A stretch of DNA of 64,000 nucleotides from Dehalococcoidia bacterium (GCA_965248975.1 CBDFKU010000017.1:109090-173089); one strand, 5' to 3'. Shown: positions 40,159 to 50,541, counted from the stretch's first letter. Program-made: numbers and translations. Notes: a model not told the origin generated them from the sequence alone.

Positions 40159-42024
40159 TTATTCCCTGAAGACTTCTTTCAGTCTCTCGTTGACCATCAC
40201 CAGCCGCTGCTCATGCTCGTCGACCTCTTCAGCCGTAGCCTGAGACAGCAGTATCTCTTCTTCTATATTTAACTCTCTGAGGTATTTTTCCTCAAGCCGT
40301 CGGGCGCAGAAGACGAACTCCCTCTCTCGCTGCTGGCGATCCGAAGGCGGCGACGGCTTCGATAGAAGGCGCTCGAGATGGCCCTTCAACTCTTCATGAA
40401 GAGTCTCCTTCAGGATATCTAGTGTGGAACATTTCATCCAGTTTGTAAATACTTCTCGGTTCTCCGATCGACGGAAGTGCTCCGCCGGGAGATCGCCGCC
40501 GGATACGCTTTCCACTAGGCTCTGGTCATCGAGCAACAGGGCCAGGCAGCGCTCTTCCAAGGGATCGTGGTCCGCGGACACGAATGCCGTGGCCGCGGCG
40601 TCCTCCCCCTCGACGCCGGTCCGACTGGGCTGTGGCCCCCGTCTCGACTGGGCTCCCTTGCGACGGTCCGCTCCAGAAGCGTTCCTGGTTCCGGGGCGTT
40701 CCAGGCTGGCCTTGAGGGTCGCCTCGGTAACCTCCAGGAGCTCAGCCAGACGCTGGAAATAGTAGTCCTGTTGGAAAGGGTCGGGGGTCGCCGCGATGAA
40801 CCGGTTGAACCTCCCGGCCAGGGCCGCTTTACCCTGGGGAGTCCTTATGTCTATCCTACGGGACAGGGCTTCGAATAGGAAGTCGACGAATGGAGTGGCG
40901 TTGTCCACCAGGCTGGTCCACTCCTCTGGACTCTCCTTGATTATCTGGTCGGGGTCCCTCCCCTGAGGCAGCCGAGCCACCTTCAGGGACAGTGCCGAGG
41001 CTCTCTGATAGAAGGTGGTGCGCCCGCCGGTGCCTGTGAGTACGGTCTGCAGGGCCTCCCAGGAACTCTCCAGGCTGTTCAGGGTGGCCTCCTGGCCGGC
41101 TGCGTCGGGGTCCAGGGCCAGTACGACGCCTGCGGCTTCCCCGGAATCGGTCCTGCCGAGGGTTCTTCGCACCAGGGAAACCTGTTGTTGGGTGAGGGCG
41201 GTACCCATGGAGGCGACCACGTTGGCGAAGCCAGCCTGATGCGCTGCTATGGCATCCATGTATCCTTCGACGATGACGATGCCCTGTTCGCGGGCGGCCT
41301 CCTTTGCCAGATGCAGAGCGTAGAGTATGCGCCCCTTGTCGAAGATGGGGCTCCGGGGTGTGTTCAGGTATTTAGGTGTGGAGTCGTCTAGTGCCCTCCC
41401 TCCGAAGCCTGCCAAGCGACCCTCCCCGTCCCGAATGGGAAACATGAGCCGGCCCCTGAACAGGTCTCGGTAGCCTGATTCGCGGCCGCGGGTTGCCACT
41501 CCGGCCAGGACGAGGTCTTCCTGGTTATATCCTTTAGATGCAAGATGGCCCATCAGAGATTCGCCATCGCCGGGGCTCAGCCCTAGCTGTAACTTCTCTA
41601 CGGTTTCCTGGAGGAGGCCCCTTTCCTTGACGTACTGCCGGGCCTTGGCGCCCTGTCGACCCGCCAGGAGGTTTTGGAAGAGCTCCATTGTAACCTGATT
41701 GATGCGGTGGAGGATTTCATCCTTCTCCTTCTGACCCTTCCGCTCAGTCAGATTCACCCCTGCCTGTTGAGCCAGGCTCTTTAGCGCCTCGCCGAAGTCC
41801 AGGTTCTCGTTGCGCATGACGAAGGAGAATACATCACCGCCGGTGGCACAGGCCCCGAAGCACCGCCAGCTCTGTCTCTCGGGGAAGACGTAGAATGAGG
41901 GCGTCTTTTCGGTGTGGAAGGGGCAGGCGGCCTTGTAGCTCCGGCCCGAGCGCTGTAAGTTGACGGTCCTGGATACCACGTCCAGGATGTCTATCCGGCT
42001 TTTTACTTCGTCTACGTCTGACAT
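40159..42024 (-). CDS. dnaG: DNA primase
   Basis: CPFHTEKTPSF zinc finger, KYLNTP, VEGYMD, DPDAAG TOPRIM. Confidence 0.97.
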   Translation of the reverse strand: MSDVDEVKSRIDILDVVSRTVNLQRSGRSYKAACPFHTEKTPSFYVFPERQSWRCFGACATGGDVFSFVMRNENLDFGEALKSLAQQAGVNLTERKGQKEKDEILHRINQVTMELFQNLLAGRQGAKARQYVKERGLLQETVEKLQLGLSPGDGESLMGHLASKGYNQEDLVLAGVATRGRESGYRDLFRGRLMFPIRDGEGRLAGFGGRALDDSTPKYLNTPRSPIFDKGRILYALHLAKEAAREQGIVIVEGYMDAIAAHQAGFANVVASMGTALTQQQVSLVRRTLGRTDSGEAAGVVLALDPDAAGQEATLNSLESSWEALQTVLTGTGGRTTFYQRASALSLKVARLPQGRDPDQIIKESPEEWTSLVDNATPFVDFLFEALSRRIDIRTPQGKAALAGRFNRFIAATPDPFQQDYYFQRLAELLEVTEATLKASLERPGTRNASGADRRKGAQSRRGPQPSRTGVEGEDAAATAFVSADHDPLEERCLALLLDDQSLVESVSGGDLPAEHFRRSENREVFTNWMKCSTLDILKETLHEELKGHLERLLSKPSPPSDRQQREREFVFCARRLEEKYLRELNIEEEILLSQATAEEVDEHEQRLVMVNERLKEVFRE

Positions 42025-42145
42025 GCGATAGTTCTATGGGTTCCTATGTACGTTTGGAGTGCCAGTACCGGACTCAGGTGGCTCCCGTCGCCCGGTCAAC
42101 ATAACCTGAATATATTTTACCACCGATGGCCCGAGGTTATAAGGT

Positions 42146-43432
42146 TCAGACTTGGGAGGCGGGTTGGCCCAGGGACCTGACCTGGCGGCTTCTGAGCCCG
42201 ACCCCTACGGCCAGGGCCAGTACCAGCGCGCCCCCCACGGCAACAGCTCCCGGAGGACTGAAGTGGAAGGCGATCTGGCTGGACAGGAGGCCGCCCAACG
42301 GGACCATGCTCCAGGTTATGGAGTAGATCCCCATTACCCGGCCGCGGAACTGGTCTGGAACCATGAGCTGGAGCGTGACCATCACCCCCATCAGATAGAT
42401 GGAGACGGACATGTCCGCCAGGAAGAGCGTCACCATCGAGAGGCCGTAGTGACCGGCGTTCGCGGTCAGGGCGAATAGAATAAGGAACATGCCGAAAAAG
42501 GCCGCGCCTCCGATGACCACCCAACCCTTATACCGCTTACGGCTCAGGATGGCGCCCAGGATGATGCCTATCAGGCCGCCACAGCCGGCAACTCCCATCA
42601 GCCATCCCAGCTTCTCGGCCCCGATCTCCAGAACCTCATCGGCGAACACCGGCATAAGGAACACGTAGGAGATGCCGAACATGGAGTTGAAGAAGGTCAT
42701 GCCGATCAGGATGAGGAAGATGGGACGGTCTCTGACGAACTGGAAGCCGATCATGATCTCACTGAACACGCTTCCCCTGGCCCGCTCCACCGGCGCCATG
42801 GTCAAGGTCTGTGCCACCAGGGCCAGGAAGATGAAGCCCGCTGCGCTCAGGAAGATGGCGGAGGATATGTCGACCCTGCCCACCATCACCCCGGCGACGG
42901 CCGGAGCGAAGATGCGGGTGCCTGTCCAGACACTGGAGTTCAAAGCCACAGCCGTCGAAAGGGCCTTTCGGTCCAGCAGTCTTGGGAAGATGCTTTGCCG
43001 GGTAGGTGTGTCGAAGGCTTGCATGGCGCCGATGAAGAAGGCCGCCACCAGGATGTGCCAACGCTCCACGGTGTCCAGGGTGGTGATGGTGCCCAGCGCT
43101 ATCACGATGGCGCCGGTGGCAAGCTGGGTGAATCCCAGCAAACGCTTGGGGTCCAGTTTGTCCGCGAAGGCGCCGCCGAAAAGGTTCAACCCAATGGCAG
43201 GGACCGCGATGGCCGTTGTCATGTATCCCAGGTCCCTGGCGTCGCCGTCCAGCTCGTGGGCGATCAACCATCCCAGGCAGAACAGAACGAGCATCTGGTA
43301 GCTGGTGACCGAGGCTATCAGCCCAAACCAATAGTTACGGAACTGGGGATACTTCAGAGCGCCCGGGACGTGCACTCTGTCCATTAGAGGGGCGGCCGCT
43401 CCGGTCAACCGGGGTAGGTAGGTCCTGGCCAT
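42146..43432 (-). CDS. MFS transporter
   Basis: About 12 hydrophobic segments, GGAFADK, FDTPTRQS, FRGRVMG. Confidence 0.93.
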   Translation of the reverse strand: MARTYLPRLTGAAAPLMDRVHVPGALKYPQFRNYWFGLIASVTSYQMLVLFCLGWLIAHELDGDARDLGYMTTAIAVPAIGLNLFGGAFADKLDPKRLLGFTQLATGAIVIALGTITTLDTVERWHILVAAFFIGAMQAFDTPTRQSIFPRLLDRKALSTAVALNSSVWTGTRIFAPAVAGVMVGRVDISSAIFLSAAGFIFLALVAQTLTMAPVERARGSVFSEIMIGFQFVRDRPIFLILIGMTFFNSMFGISYVFLMPVFADEVLEIGAEKLGWLMGVAGCGGLIGIILGAILSRKRYKGWVVIGGAAFFGMFLILFALTANAGHYGLSMVTLFLADMSVSIYLMGVMVTLQLMVPDQFRGRVMGIYSITWSMVPLGGLLSSQIAFHFSPPGAVAVGGALVLALAVGVGLRSRQVRSLGQPASQV

Positions 43433-43436
43433 GGTG

Positions 43437-43655
43437 CTAGTCTTTCAGTGGGATCGAGCCCCAGTTTAGCTCGCCGGCGTCTTCGAGCAGCTTGCGCTCG
43501 GCGGCGATATCCCGGACCTGCAATAGTGTTGCGTTGACCTCGGGAGTTAATAATATCCAGTCGGGTCCCTCGGGTATCCAGTAGGGAGAGTTGATCCGCA
43601 CAATCAGCTTCTCACGCTGATTGAGGTAGATGCCGAACTTGGAACCGCTCTGCAT
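43437..43655 (-). CDS. Hypothetical protein
   Basis: 72-aa ORF with AAGGAGG RBS, in operon-like arrangement. Confidence 0.7.
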   Translation of the reverse strand: MQSGSKFGIYLNQREKLIVRINSPYWIPEGPDWILLTPEVNATLLQVRDIAAERKLLEDAGELNWGSIPLKD

Positions 43656-43670
43656 CGCCCCTCCTTGGTC

Positions 43671-43722
43671 GGTATTCCGCGGTAGGTATTCCGCGGTAGG
43701 TATTCCGCGGTAGGTATTCCGC
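43671..43722. repeat. Tandem repeat, 14-bp unit, about 3.7 copies
   Basis: (GGTATTCCGCGGTA)x3 + GGTATTCCGC. Confidence 0.9.
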
Positions 43723-44390
43723 TAAAAGTCCAAGCCGACGGTGCTCATGGCCTCGGTGGGACCGTAGACGCCCCGATACCCTTCGGGCAGCATGTCTGCG
43801 ATGCGCTGCATGATCATGTCCGTTAAGTGCTCCAGTATCGGCCGGCTAAGCTTCCCCTCCATGACCGGAAGGCTGAAGGGCTGGCCTATCCTGATCTTGA
43901 CGTGGCAGAGGGGGAAGGGGATCTGCCAGTAGCCCCCGACCTTCTCGGTGCCGGTGATCGCCACAGGGAGGATGGGGGCCTGGGACTTGGCTGCCAGGTA
44001 CGCCACCCCGGGATGGGCCTTCTTCATTCCCTCGCCGCCACTCCGAGTTCCTTCCGGGAACAGCGCGATGGCCGCGTCTCGCTTGAGCAGCTCCAGGTTC
44101 CATCGGATGGCATCGACACCGACGCTGTCCCGGTCCAGCGGGTGCACTCCGACCGCCGTCAGGAAGGAGGAGGCCACCGGATTTGCGAAGAGGCTGCGTT
44201 TGCCCATGAAATGTAGCCTGCGAGGAATGCTGGCCACCAGGAAGGGGGGATCGGCGTTGCTGAGATGGTTGGACACCACGATCAGAGGCCCCCTTGGCGG
44301 CACCGACTCCTTAGCCTCGACCTCCCATTTGGCGAAGGCGCTAAAACACAGCTTGGCCAGGCTAACCCCCGATGCGTACGTTATTCCCAT
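43722..44390 (-). CDS. plsC: 1-acyl-sn-glycerol-3-phosphate acyltransferase
   Basis: NHLSNAD, FPEGTRS. Confidence 0.9.
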   Translation of the reverse strand: MGITYASGVSLAKLCFSAFAKWEVEAKESVPPRGPLIVVSNHLSNADPPFLVASIPRRLHFMGKRSLFANPVASSFLTAVGVHPLDRDSVGVDAIRWNLELLKRDAAIALFPEGTRSGGEGMKKAHPGVAYLAAKSQAPILPVAITGTEKVGGYWQIPFPLCHVKIRIGQPFSLPVMEGKLSRPILEHLTDMIMQRIADMLPEGYRGVYGPTEAMSTVGLDF

Positions 44391-45055
44391 CGGTCCTTCC
44401 CCAGTAGCTCCAGGACCTTCCCCAACACCCCGGTCTCGTCGATGTCCTCGGTGTCCAACACCACGGCGTCGTCCGCAGGGCGCAGGGGAGCGTGGGCCCG
44501 GCCCGTGTCGAGCTCGTCTCTGGCTACCAGGTCCTCCATCACCTGTGCGTAGTCCGCTTCCTTCCCACGTATCTCCATTTCCAATTGCCTACGCTTCGCC
44601 CTCTGAGAGGCCGAAGCAACCAGGAACAGCTTGAGGTCTGCCTGGGGCAACACTACCGTCCCGATGTCCCTACCCACCACTACGATCCCGCCCTCCCGGG
44701 CAATCTCCCTCTGCTGCTCCACCAGCGCCGAACGGACATCGGGTAGCCGCGCCACCAGGGAGGCTCCCCGCTCCACATCGGACCCCCGCAGCTCCTCGGA
44801 GAGCTCCCGTCCGTCCACGATCACCGTCCCATCGTCCAGGTCCTTGAGTCGTAGCGATGTGCTCCACGCCAGGCGCCCGATGGCACTCTCATCCTTAAGG
44901 TCAATGCCTTGGTCCAAGGCCAGCCAGGCCAGAGCCCGGTAAAGGATTCCCGTGTCCAGGAACCGGTATCGGAGCTCCTTGGAAAGCCTCCTACCAACCG
45001 TGGTCTTGCCCGCCGCCACAGGTCCGTCGATTGCTATAGTTAATGGCCTTGCCAA
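44381..45055 (-). CDS. cmk: Cytidylate kinase
   Basis: IAIDGPVAAGKTT, DTGILYR, GRDIGTVVLP; start set to TTG 45055. Confidence 0.95.
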   Translation of the reverse strand: MARPLTIAIDGPVAAGKTTVGRRLSKELRYRFLDTGILYRALAWLALDQGIDLKDESAIGRLAWSTSLRLKDLDDGTVIVDGRELSEELRGSDVERGASLVARLPDVRSALVEQQREIAREGGIVVVGRDIGTVVLPQADLKLFLVASASQRAKRRQLEMEIRGKEADYAQVMEDLVARDELDTGRAHAPLRPADDAVVLDTEDIDETGVLGKVLELLGKDRWE

Positions 45056-45258
45056 TATACCGCCCAGGCAGTGTAGTATGGAGGGCAACACATTTCACGG
45101 CCTACCCGGCGCCGATTTCGATTCGACTTTCCGGGCACGCCGAGGCTCCCAACACAGGATTTCGGCGCAAAGGCATCAGGTCGAGTCGAGGGATCGGAGA
45201 TACCGTATCGCGAGGCGGCCATAAGAAGTATATATTACCGGAGCTGGGCTGTATAGAT

Positions 45259-45897
45259 TTGAACTCCGTATACAAGATCGTATCAGAGCGCGCCCCGATC
45301 ATCGTGGTCCTTTGCGCAGTTGGGGGCCTCTGCTACCTCGCGGCCTCCTTTGAAACCTTCCCTGGCGACAGGGACGGCATCGTCAAGTTCCAGGCTCTGC
45401 GGACCCCTTGGCTGGACGACTTAGCTCACTTGGCCTCTCACCTAGCCAACGCTCTGACCGTTTTCATCTCGGTCGCGATCGCCGCGGTGGTTTTTTGGGT
45501 GTTGAAACGAAGGGCCGACACCGCGGCCGTACTGCTTGTTCTCGTAGCCGACGGGCTCAATCAGGTGTTGAAGCAGCTGGTAGGTCGATCGAGGCCCGAT
45601 TTTGCTATTATCGAGTCTCTGCCGGGGAGCCCGGCATTCCCCAGCGGGCACGCATTCCACGTATTTCTCTTTTTGAGTCTGCTCGTGGTCATCGCCGGCG
45701 AGGTCGTAGGGCCACCATGGTTGCGGCGGGGCATCCAGGGAATGCTGGTGTTCATGATCCTGGCCTGCGGCGCTTCCAGGGTGTATCTGGGAGTCCATTG
45801 GCCGAGCGATGTGGTGGGAGGATTCCTGCTGGCCGGGCTGGTGCTGGTCCCCATCCTTCGAGCGCGTAAAAAGCTTCTTTCTCGGGTCCCACAGTAA
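45259..45897 (+). CDS. PAP2 family phosphatase
   Basis: K.LVGRSRP, FPSGH, SRVYLGVHWPSDV; start uncertain. Confidence 0.9.
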   Translation: MNSVYKIVSERAPIIVVLCAVGGLCYLAASFETFPGDRDGIVKFQALRTPWLDDLAHLASHLANALTVFISVAIAAVVFWVLKRRADTAAVLLVLVADGLNQVLKQLVGRSRPDFAIIESLPGSPAFPSGHAFHVFLFLSLLVVIAGEVVGPPWLRRGIQGMLVFMILACGASRVYLGVHWPSDVVGGFLLAGLVLVPILRARKKLLSRVPQ

Positions 45898-45975
45898 TTG
45901 TTTTCCCGTCTAGGAGCCGGTTAGACTGAGCTTGCTGTACCGGGCTAACTTAGGCTCCGGACTACGGGAGGCATC

Positions 45976-46464
45976 ATGAACTGGCTCGATATAGTGATAT
46001 TAGTGACCCTCGGAATCGTCGCCCTGACGGGACTGAGGATGGGCGGGGTCCATCTGGGTGTGGCGGCCGCGGGCATCGTGGTGGGCATCGCACTGGCCAG
46101 TCGGCTGCACTACGACCTAGAGCCGGTGTTCTCACCCTTCATCGACAGCGAAGATGGCGCAGAAGTGGCGGCCTTCGTAGCCATCTTCGTGCTGGTTCTG
46201 CTTGTATCGGTTGTTGTTGCCCAGATAACCCGAAAGATCCTAAGTAGTGTCATGTTGGGGTGGACCGACAAGGTGGCGGGCCTGGGTCTGGGAGTGGTGG
46301 TAACTTTCGCCGCGGGCTCCGCGATACTCTCCATGGTCCAGAGCCATCCCGTGCTCGGCCTGGAGGCGACCATCGATGAGTCGACGATGGGCTCCTTCCT
46401 GGCAGACAACTTCGACACCGTGCTGCGGGGGCTCAAGTTCGTCCCCAGCGACCTGGGCACCTAG
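45976..46464 (+). CDS. CvpA family membrane protein
   Basis: MNWLDIVIL, LGWTDKVAGLGLG. Confidence 0.85.
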   Translation: MNWLDIVILVTLGIVALTGLRMGGVHLGVAAAGIVVGIALASRLHYDLEPVFSPFIDSEDGAEVAAFVAIFVLVLLVSVVVAQITRKILSSVMLGWTDKVAGLGLGVVVTFAAGSAILSMVQSHPVLGLEATIDESTMGSFLADNFDTVLRGLKFVPSDLGT

Positions 46465-46513
46465 TCTCCTAAATTTGCGATTCGTCCGGTAGTCTGACGA
46501 CAATGGCCGCGCT

Positions 46514-46620
46514 TCCGCTCATGGTTCGACAAGCTTGTATCATGAACGGGTTTTCGTTCCCCTCTCACTCTGAGCCTGGCTTCGTTTCCCTCGCTCACCC
46601 TGAGCCCTTCGAAGGGTCTC
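46514..46620. repeat. Cluster of family A REP-like repeats
   Basis: ATGGTTCGACAAGC and CGCTCACCCTGAGCCCTTCGAAGGG match the reverse complement of both halves of 3894-3950. Confidence 0.7.
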
Positions 46621-46752
46621 TACCTCAGATGTGGATTTTCGGGGCTCAGGGCAAGAGCCCCTCGAGGCTGTACGAGGCAATCTTCGTTGCGTCCGTCGCA
46701 TTCCCGGCTTCCGTCTGGTGAAAAACCGCGCCGGTAGTATTATAATTACCTC

Positions 46753-47264
46753 ATGCTGAATTCGTCGGTTCTGGTGTTGAACCTGGACTACGAGCCCATA
46801 AACGTCTGCAACGCCAAACGGGCCGTGATTCTGCTTGGAAAGGGAAAGGCCGAACAGCTGGAGAATGGCCGGGGCGAGATCCACACGCCGTCATCACCGT
46901 CCCCGTTCCCTCGGTCATCCGCTTAGGCTACCTGGTCCGCCGTCCCTTCGCCCAGCGTAAGCTCTCCAAGAAGGAGATCTTTCTGCGGGATAGGTACACC
47001 TGCCAGTACTGCGGCCTGCGCACCCGGGAGCTGACCCTGGACCACGTCAAACCGCGTCGTCAGGCCGGAGACCACTCCTGGGAGAATATGGTCAGCGCCT
47101 GTACACCTTGCAATCGACGCAAGGCCGACCGCACCCCGGCGGAGGCCGGCATGACCCTCAACAAGCGACCCAAAGCGCCCTACCCTAGTCCCTACTACGT
47201 CCTTCATAACCGGAATATTCTGGACGAGTGGCGCAAGTTCGTACCCTGGGTGGACTTCGACTAA
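46753..47264 (+). pseudogene. HNH endonuclease, single frameshift near 46892 (possible sequencing error)
   Basis: MLNSSVLVLNLDYEPI then VPSVIRL...RDRYTCQYCG...TLDHVKP...WENMVSACTPCNRRK. Confidence 0.85.
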
Positions 47265-47288
47265 GGGCCTGAGTAAGGCCGTGACCCG

Positions 47289-48096
47289 TTAGTTCTTCGA
47301 GGTGGCGTACCGGATGATCTCCGCCAGGGGCAGATCTCGGACCACCTCGTAGCCATAGATCAAAGACACGGTCTCCTTCATCCGGTGCCCCACGATCACC
47401 CTGGCGTCTCCGTAGGCCGCCCCTACCCGGTCACCCATTTTCGGCAGCGCCCGGTTTATCTCGCGGTACCGCTCGTACTCGAACTTCAGGCAACAACATA
47501 GGCGTCCGCACTGTCCTGCCAGGCCTCGGCGCTGACGGGCAGAGCCTGCTCCTTGGCCATACGGACCGTGACCGTAGTGAACTCGGTGAGCCAGTCGAGC
47601 AGCAGAGCGCCATGCCGCACCTCCCCAGGCCGCCGATGAGCTTGGCCTCGTCCCTGGCGCCCACCTGCCTCAGCTCCACCCGGCAGCGAAGGCTGGCTCC
47701 CAGCTGCCGGATCAAAGGTCGGAAGTCCATCCGCTCTTCTGAGCCGAAGGAAAAGATACACCGGAGGCCGTCGAAGGTGTAGTGGGCGTCCATCATTTTG
47801 TAAGGAAGGCCTAGCTCCCTCGCTAGACCCTTGGACAGCTTCAGCGCCTGCTCTTCCAGGGCATTTAGCTCGTCCCTGCGCGCAGGTGCTGTTCGGTGGT
47901 TCTGCGCACCACGGGCCCCAGCTGCTCCGGGGGCTGGCTGTGGACCAACTCCATGGGCTCCTTCACGATCCAGCCCAACTCCTGGCCCTTTCGGTTCCGA
48001 CGATCACATGGTCTTCGTTCGGAAGGTCCAGGTCACCGGGATCCTAGTAAGAGATCCTGTCCGCGCGGCGAAACCTACCCCCACGACTTTACTCAT
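47289..48096 (-). pseudogene. PSP1/RicT (YaaT) family protein with several frameshifts and one TAG
   Basis: MSKVVGV/RFRR..., ELRQVGARDEAKLIGGLGRCG..LCC, MAKEQ, GQCGRLCCCLKFE in different frames; lies downstream of holB as in many genomes. Confidence 0.85.
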
Positions 48097-49114
48097 GGAC
48101 TCTCGTCCCTTGGCTCGGCAGCCTCATCATCAGCACCTCCAGGGCCAGGCGGGCGTTGGCGTTGGCGTCCAAGGCATCGAAGGTCGTCATGATCGCTTTG
48201 ATGGCACCGACAACCTGGACTGTGGTGAGGCCGGCGGCCGAGTCCTTCAGAGCTTCGATCCGATCCAGGTTGTGCACGAAATCCTCTGCGCCCTCTTTCA
48301 CCAGGAGCAGGTCCCTCCACCATCGAAGCCACAGGTCCAGCACCCAGGAGGTCGTGTCGTGGCTCTTGTAGTGGCTGGAAGCCAGCTCGGAGGCGTAACC
48401 GAACTTCTCTTCCATGGTAGTCGTGGTGAGCCCGGCGGCCCGATCCACCTCCTGGTTTCTCTCTTCCATGATGGAGGGGTCGCCGATAGCCGACAGTGCC
48501 CACCCCGGCCTGCCACCGGACAGCCGGGCGAGCAGCTCCGCCTCCCCACGATCGATGGAGTGGGCCTCAGCCAGCTCCGTGGCCAGATCCGTCCAGGGCA
48601 TCGGTCTCAACTCGAGTCGTCGGCACCGAGAGCGGATCGTTGGGAGCAGGGCGTCCTCGTGCGAGGCTAAGAGGACTATCATGACTTGTGGGGGAGGCTC
48701 CTCCAGGATTTTCAGGAGGGCGTTGGATGCCTCCTCGCTCATATGCTCCGCGCCGTCGAACACGTACACCCGGGAGCTTCCTTCGTAGGGTTTCAACCCG
48801 GCCTGGCGCTGGGCCTCCCTTACGTCGTCGATGCCGATCTCACGCCGTTGGGACCCCCCTGTCCGGTCGGGGTTCACCCCTATGACCAGCACGTCGGCGT
48901 GCTGGCCGGCGGCGACGCGCCGGCACTGAGAGCACTCGCCGCATGGGGCGCCATCGGGGGACAGGCAGTTGACCGCCTGGGCCATGGCCACAGCCAGGGT
49001 GCCTTTGCCCACTTGTGGAGGCCCCACCAGCAGATAGGCATGGGCCTGGAGACCCTCGCCAAAGCTTCGGTCCAACTCCTTGAGCACGGGCCCCTGGCCC
49101 ATCATCTGCCACAT
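48089..49114 (-). CDS. holB: DNA polymerase III delta' subunit
   Basis: HAYLLVGPPQVGK, CGECSQC, NALLKILEEPP, TIRSRC. Confidence 0.95.
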   Translation of the reverse strand: MWQMMGQGPVLKELDRSFGEGLQAHAYLLVGPPQVGKGTLAVAMAQAVNCLSPDGAPCGECSQCRRVAAGQHADVLVIGVNPDRTGGSQRREIGIDDVREAQRQAGLKPYEGSSRVYVFDGAEHMSEEASNALLKILEEPPPQVMIVLLASHEDALLPTIRSRCRRLELRPMPWTDLATELAEAHSIDRGEAELLARLSGGRPGWALSAIGDPSIMEERNQEVDRAAGLTTTTMEEKFGYASELASSHYKSHDTTSWVLDLWLRWWRDLLLVKEGAEDFVHNLDRIEALKDSAAGLTTVQVVGAIKAIMTTFDALDANANARLALEVLMMRLPSQGTRVHE

Positions 49115-49120
49115 GATCCC

Positions 49121-49149
49121 ATTATGACATTTCAGCGGGGGTTGTGCAA
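49121..49149 (-). promoter_or_regulatory. Promoter of holB, predicted leaderless
   Basis: TTGCAC-N17-CATAAT with extended TG, 6 nt before the ATG. Confidence 0.55.
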
Positions 49150-49201
49150 AAAGGCGGCGCCTCGATTAGGTCGGATTCTACCGAAGAGGCTCGAAGTGTA
49201 C

Positions 49202-50515
49202 TCAGACCACGTCGTACTGCATCATATCCTGGTAGCTTTCGCGGCGACGGATCAACCTGGCCTGGCCGTCTTTCACCAGGGCTATGGCAGGGCGGGGAAT
49301 AAGGTTGTATGGGCTGGCCATGGCCAGACAGTAAGCCCCTGCGGCCGGTATCGCTATTACATCCTCCGCCTCGATCTTGGGGAGGGTTATGTCTCGCACC
49401 AGCATGTCCCCCGATTCGCAGAACTTCCCGGCTACGGTGACCCGCTCGATCGGCTCCTGGTCCATCTTTCCGGCGACCACAGCCTCGTAGGCCGCCTCGT
49501 ACAGTGCGGGCCGGATGTTGTCTCCCATGCCGCCGTCCACCGACACGTACTTGCGTACGCCCGGTATGTCCTTCACCGCCCCCACCCGGTAGAGAGCCAC
49601 ACCTGCCGGCCCCACTATGGACCTACCTGGCTCCACCACAAGCCGTGGCGTCTCCATCCCGAGGGTCTCGCAGGTGGCCGCCATGGCGGAGATGATGACC
49701 TGGGCGTATTCGCCGACGGGCGGGGGCTCCTCGTCCCGGGTGTAGGCGATGGCAAACCCGCCGCCGGAGCCGATCTCCTGGAGGGCGAAGCCGTCTTTTC
49801 TGAAGCCGGAGGCGAAGGTCAAAACCCGCTCCATGGCGACGCGGTAGGGGTCCAGCTCGAAGAGCGAGGAGCCCAGGTGGAAGTGTAGCCCCACCAGCTT
49901 CAGACCCGCAGACCCCAGCGCCATCCGGATCGCTTCCTCGGCCTGGCCCGTCTCTATCGGGAAGCCGAACTTGCTGTCCAGGATCCCGGTGGTTAGATGG
50001 GCATGGGTGTGGGGGTCCACCCCGGGGGATACCCTGACCAGGATCTGCTGGACCACGCCCAACTCCCGGGCCAGGCGGTCCAACAGCTCCAGCTCATGGA
50101 AGCTGTCTACCACCACCCGCCCGATGCCCCAATCCAGCGCTTCCCTCAGCTCTTCGGGCCCCTTGTTGTTGCCGTGGAAGTAGACCGCCTGGGGAGGGAA
50201 CTCGACGGCCCGGGCCACTGCCACTTCCCCGCCGGAGACTACGTCAAGTCCCAGGCCCTCTTCCATGAATATGCCGGCCAGAACCGGGTTTATGAAGGCC
50301 TTGCAGGCGTAGATTACGCTGGTCTCCGGGTGACGGCTACGGAACTCCCGGATGAACTCCCGGCACCGGTTCCTCAACGTTTCCTCGTCGAAGACGTACA
50401 GGGGCGTGCCAAACCGGTCGGCCAACTCCAGGGCGTCGCACCCCCCGATGGCCAGGTGTCCCTGAGCATTGACCTGTGTGGTGTCCGGGAAGACTTTGCT
50501 CTGTGCCTGCAGCAT
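49202..50515 (-). CDS. lysA: Diaminopimelate decarboxylase
   Basis: FGTPLYV, YACKA, HGNNK, SKFG, HFHLGS, EPGRS, CESGD; start set to ATG 50515. Confidence 0.96.
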   Translation of the reverse strand: MLQAQSKVFPDTTQVNAQGHLAIGGCDALELADRFGTPLYVFDEETLRNRCREFIREFRSRHPETSVIYACKAFINPVLAGIFMEEGLGLDVVSGGEVAVARAVEFPPQAVYFHGNNKGPEELREALDWGIGRVVVDSFHELELLDRLARELGVVQQILVRVSPGVDPHTHAHLTTGILDSKFGFPIETGQAEEAIRMALGSAGLKLVGLHFHLGSSLFELDPYRVAMERVLTFASGFRKDGFALQEIGSGGGFAIAYTRDEEPPPVGEYAQVIISAMAATCETLGMETPRLVVEPGRSIVGPAGVALYRVGAVKDIPGVRKYVSVDGGMGDNIRPALYEAAYEAVVAGKMDQEPIERVTVAGKFCESGDMLVRDITLPKIEAEDVIAIPAAGAYCLAMASPYNLIPRPAIALVKDGQARLIRRRESYQDMMQYDVV

Positions 50516-50541
50516 TACGGCCGCTTCTCCTCGATTTTCGT

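Noticed and set aside
43671-43722. CRISPR array
   Set aside because: The 14-bp units are contiguous with no spacers, and no cas genes are present
46514-47264. HNH nuclease plus upstream repeats as an RNA-guided or defence system
   Set aside because: The repeats are degenerate copies of a dispersed family without a spacer pattern, and the HNH gene has its own promoter downstream of them and resembles a common stand-alone type
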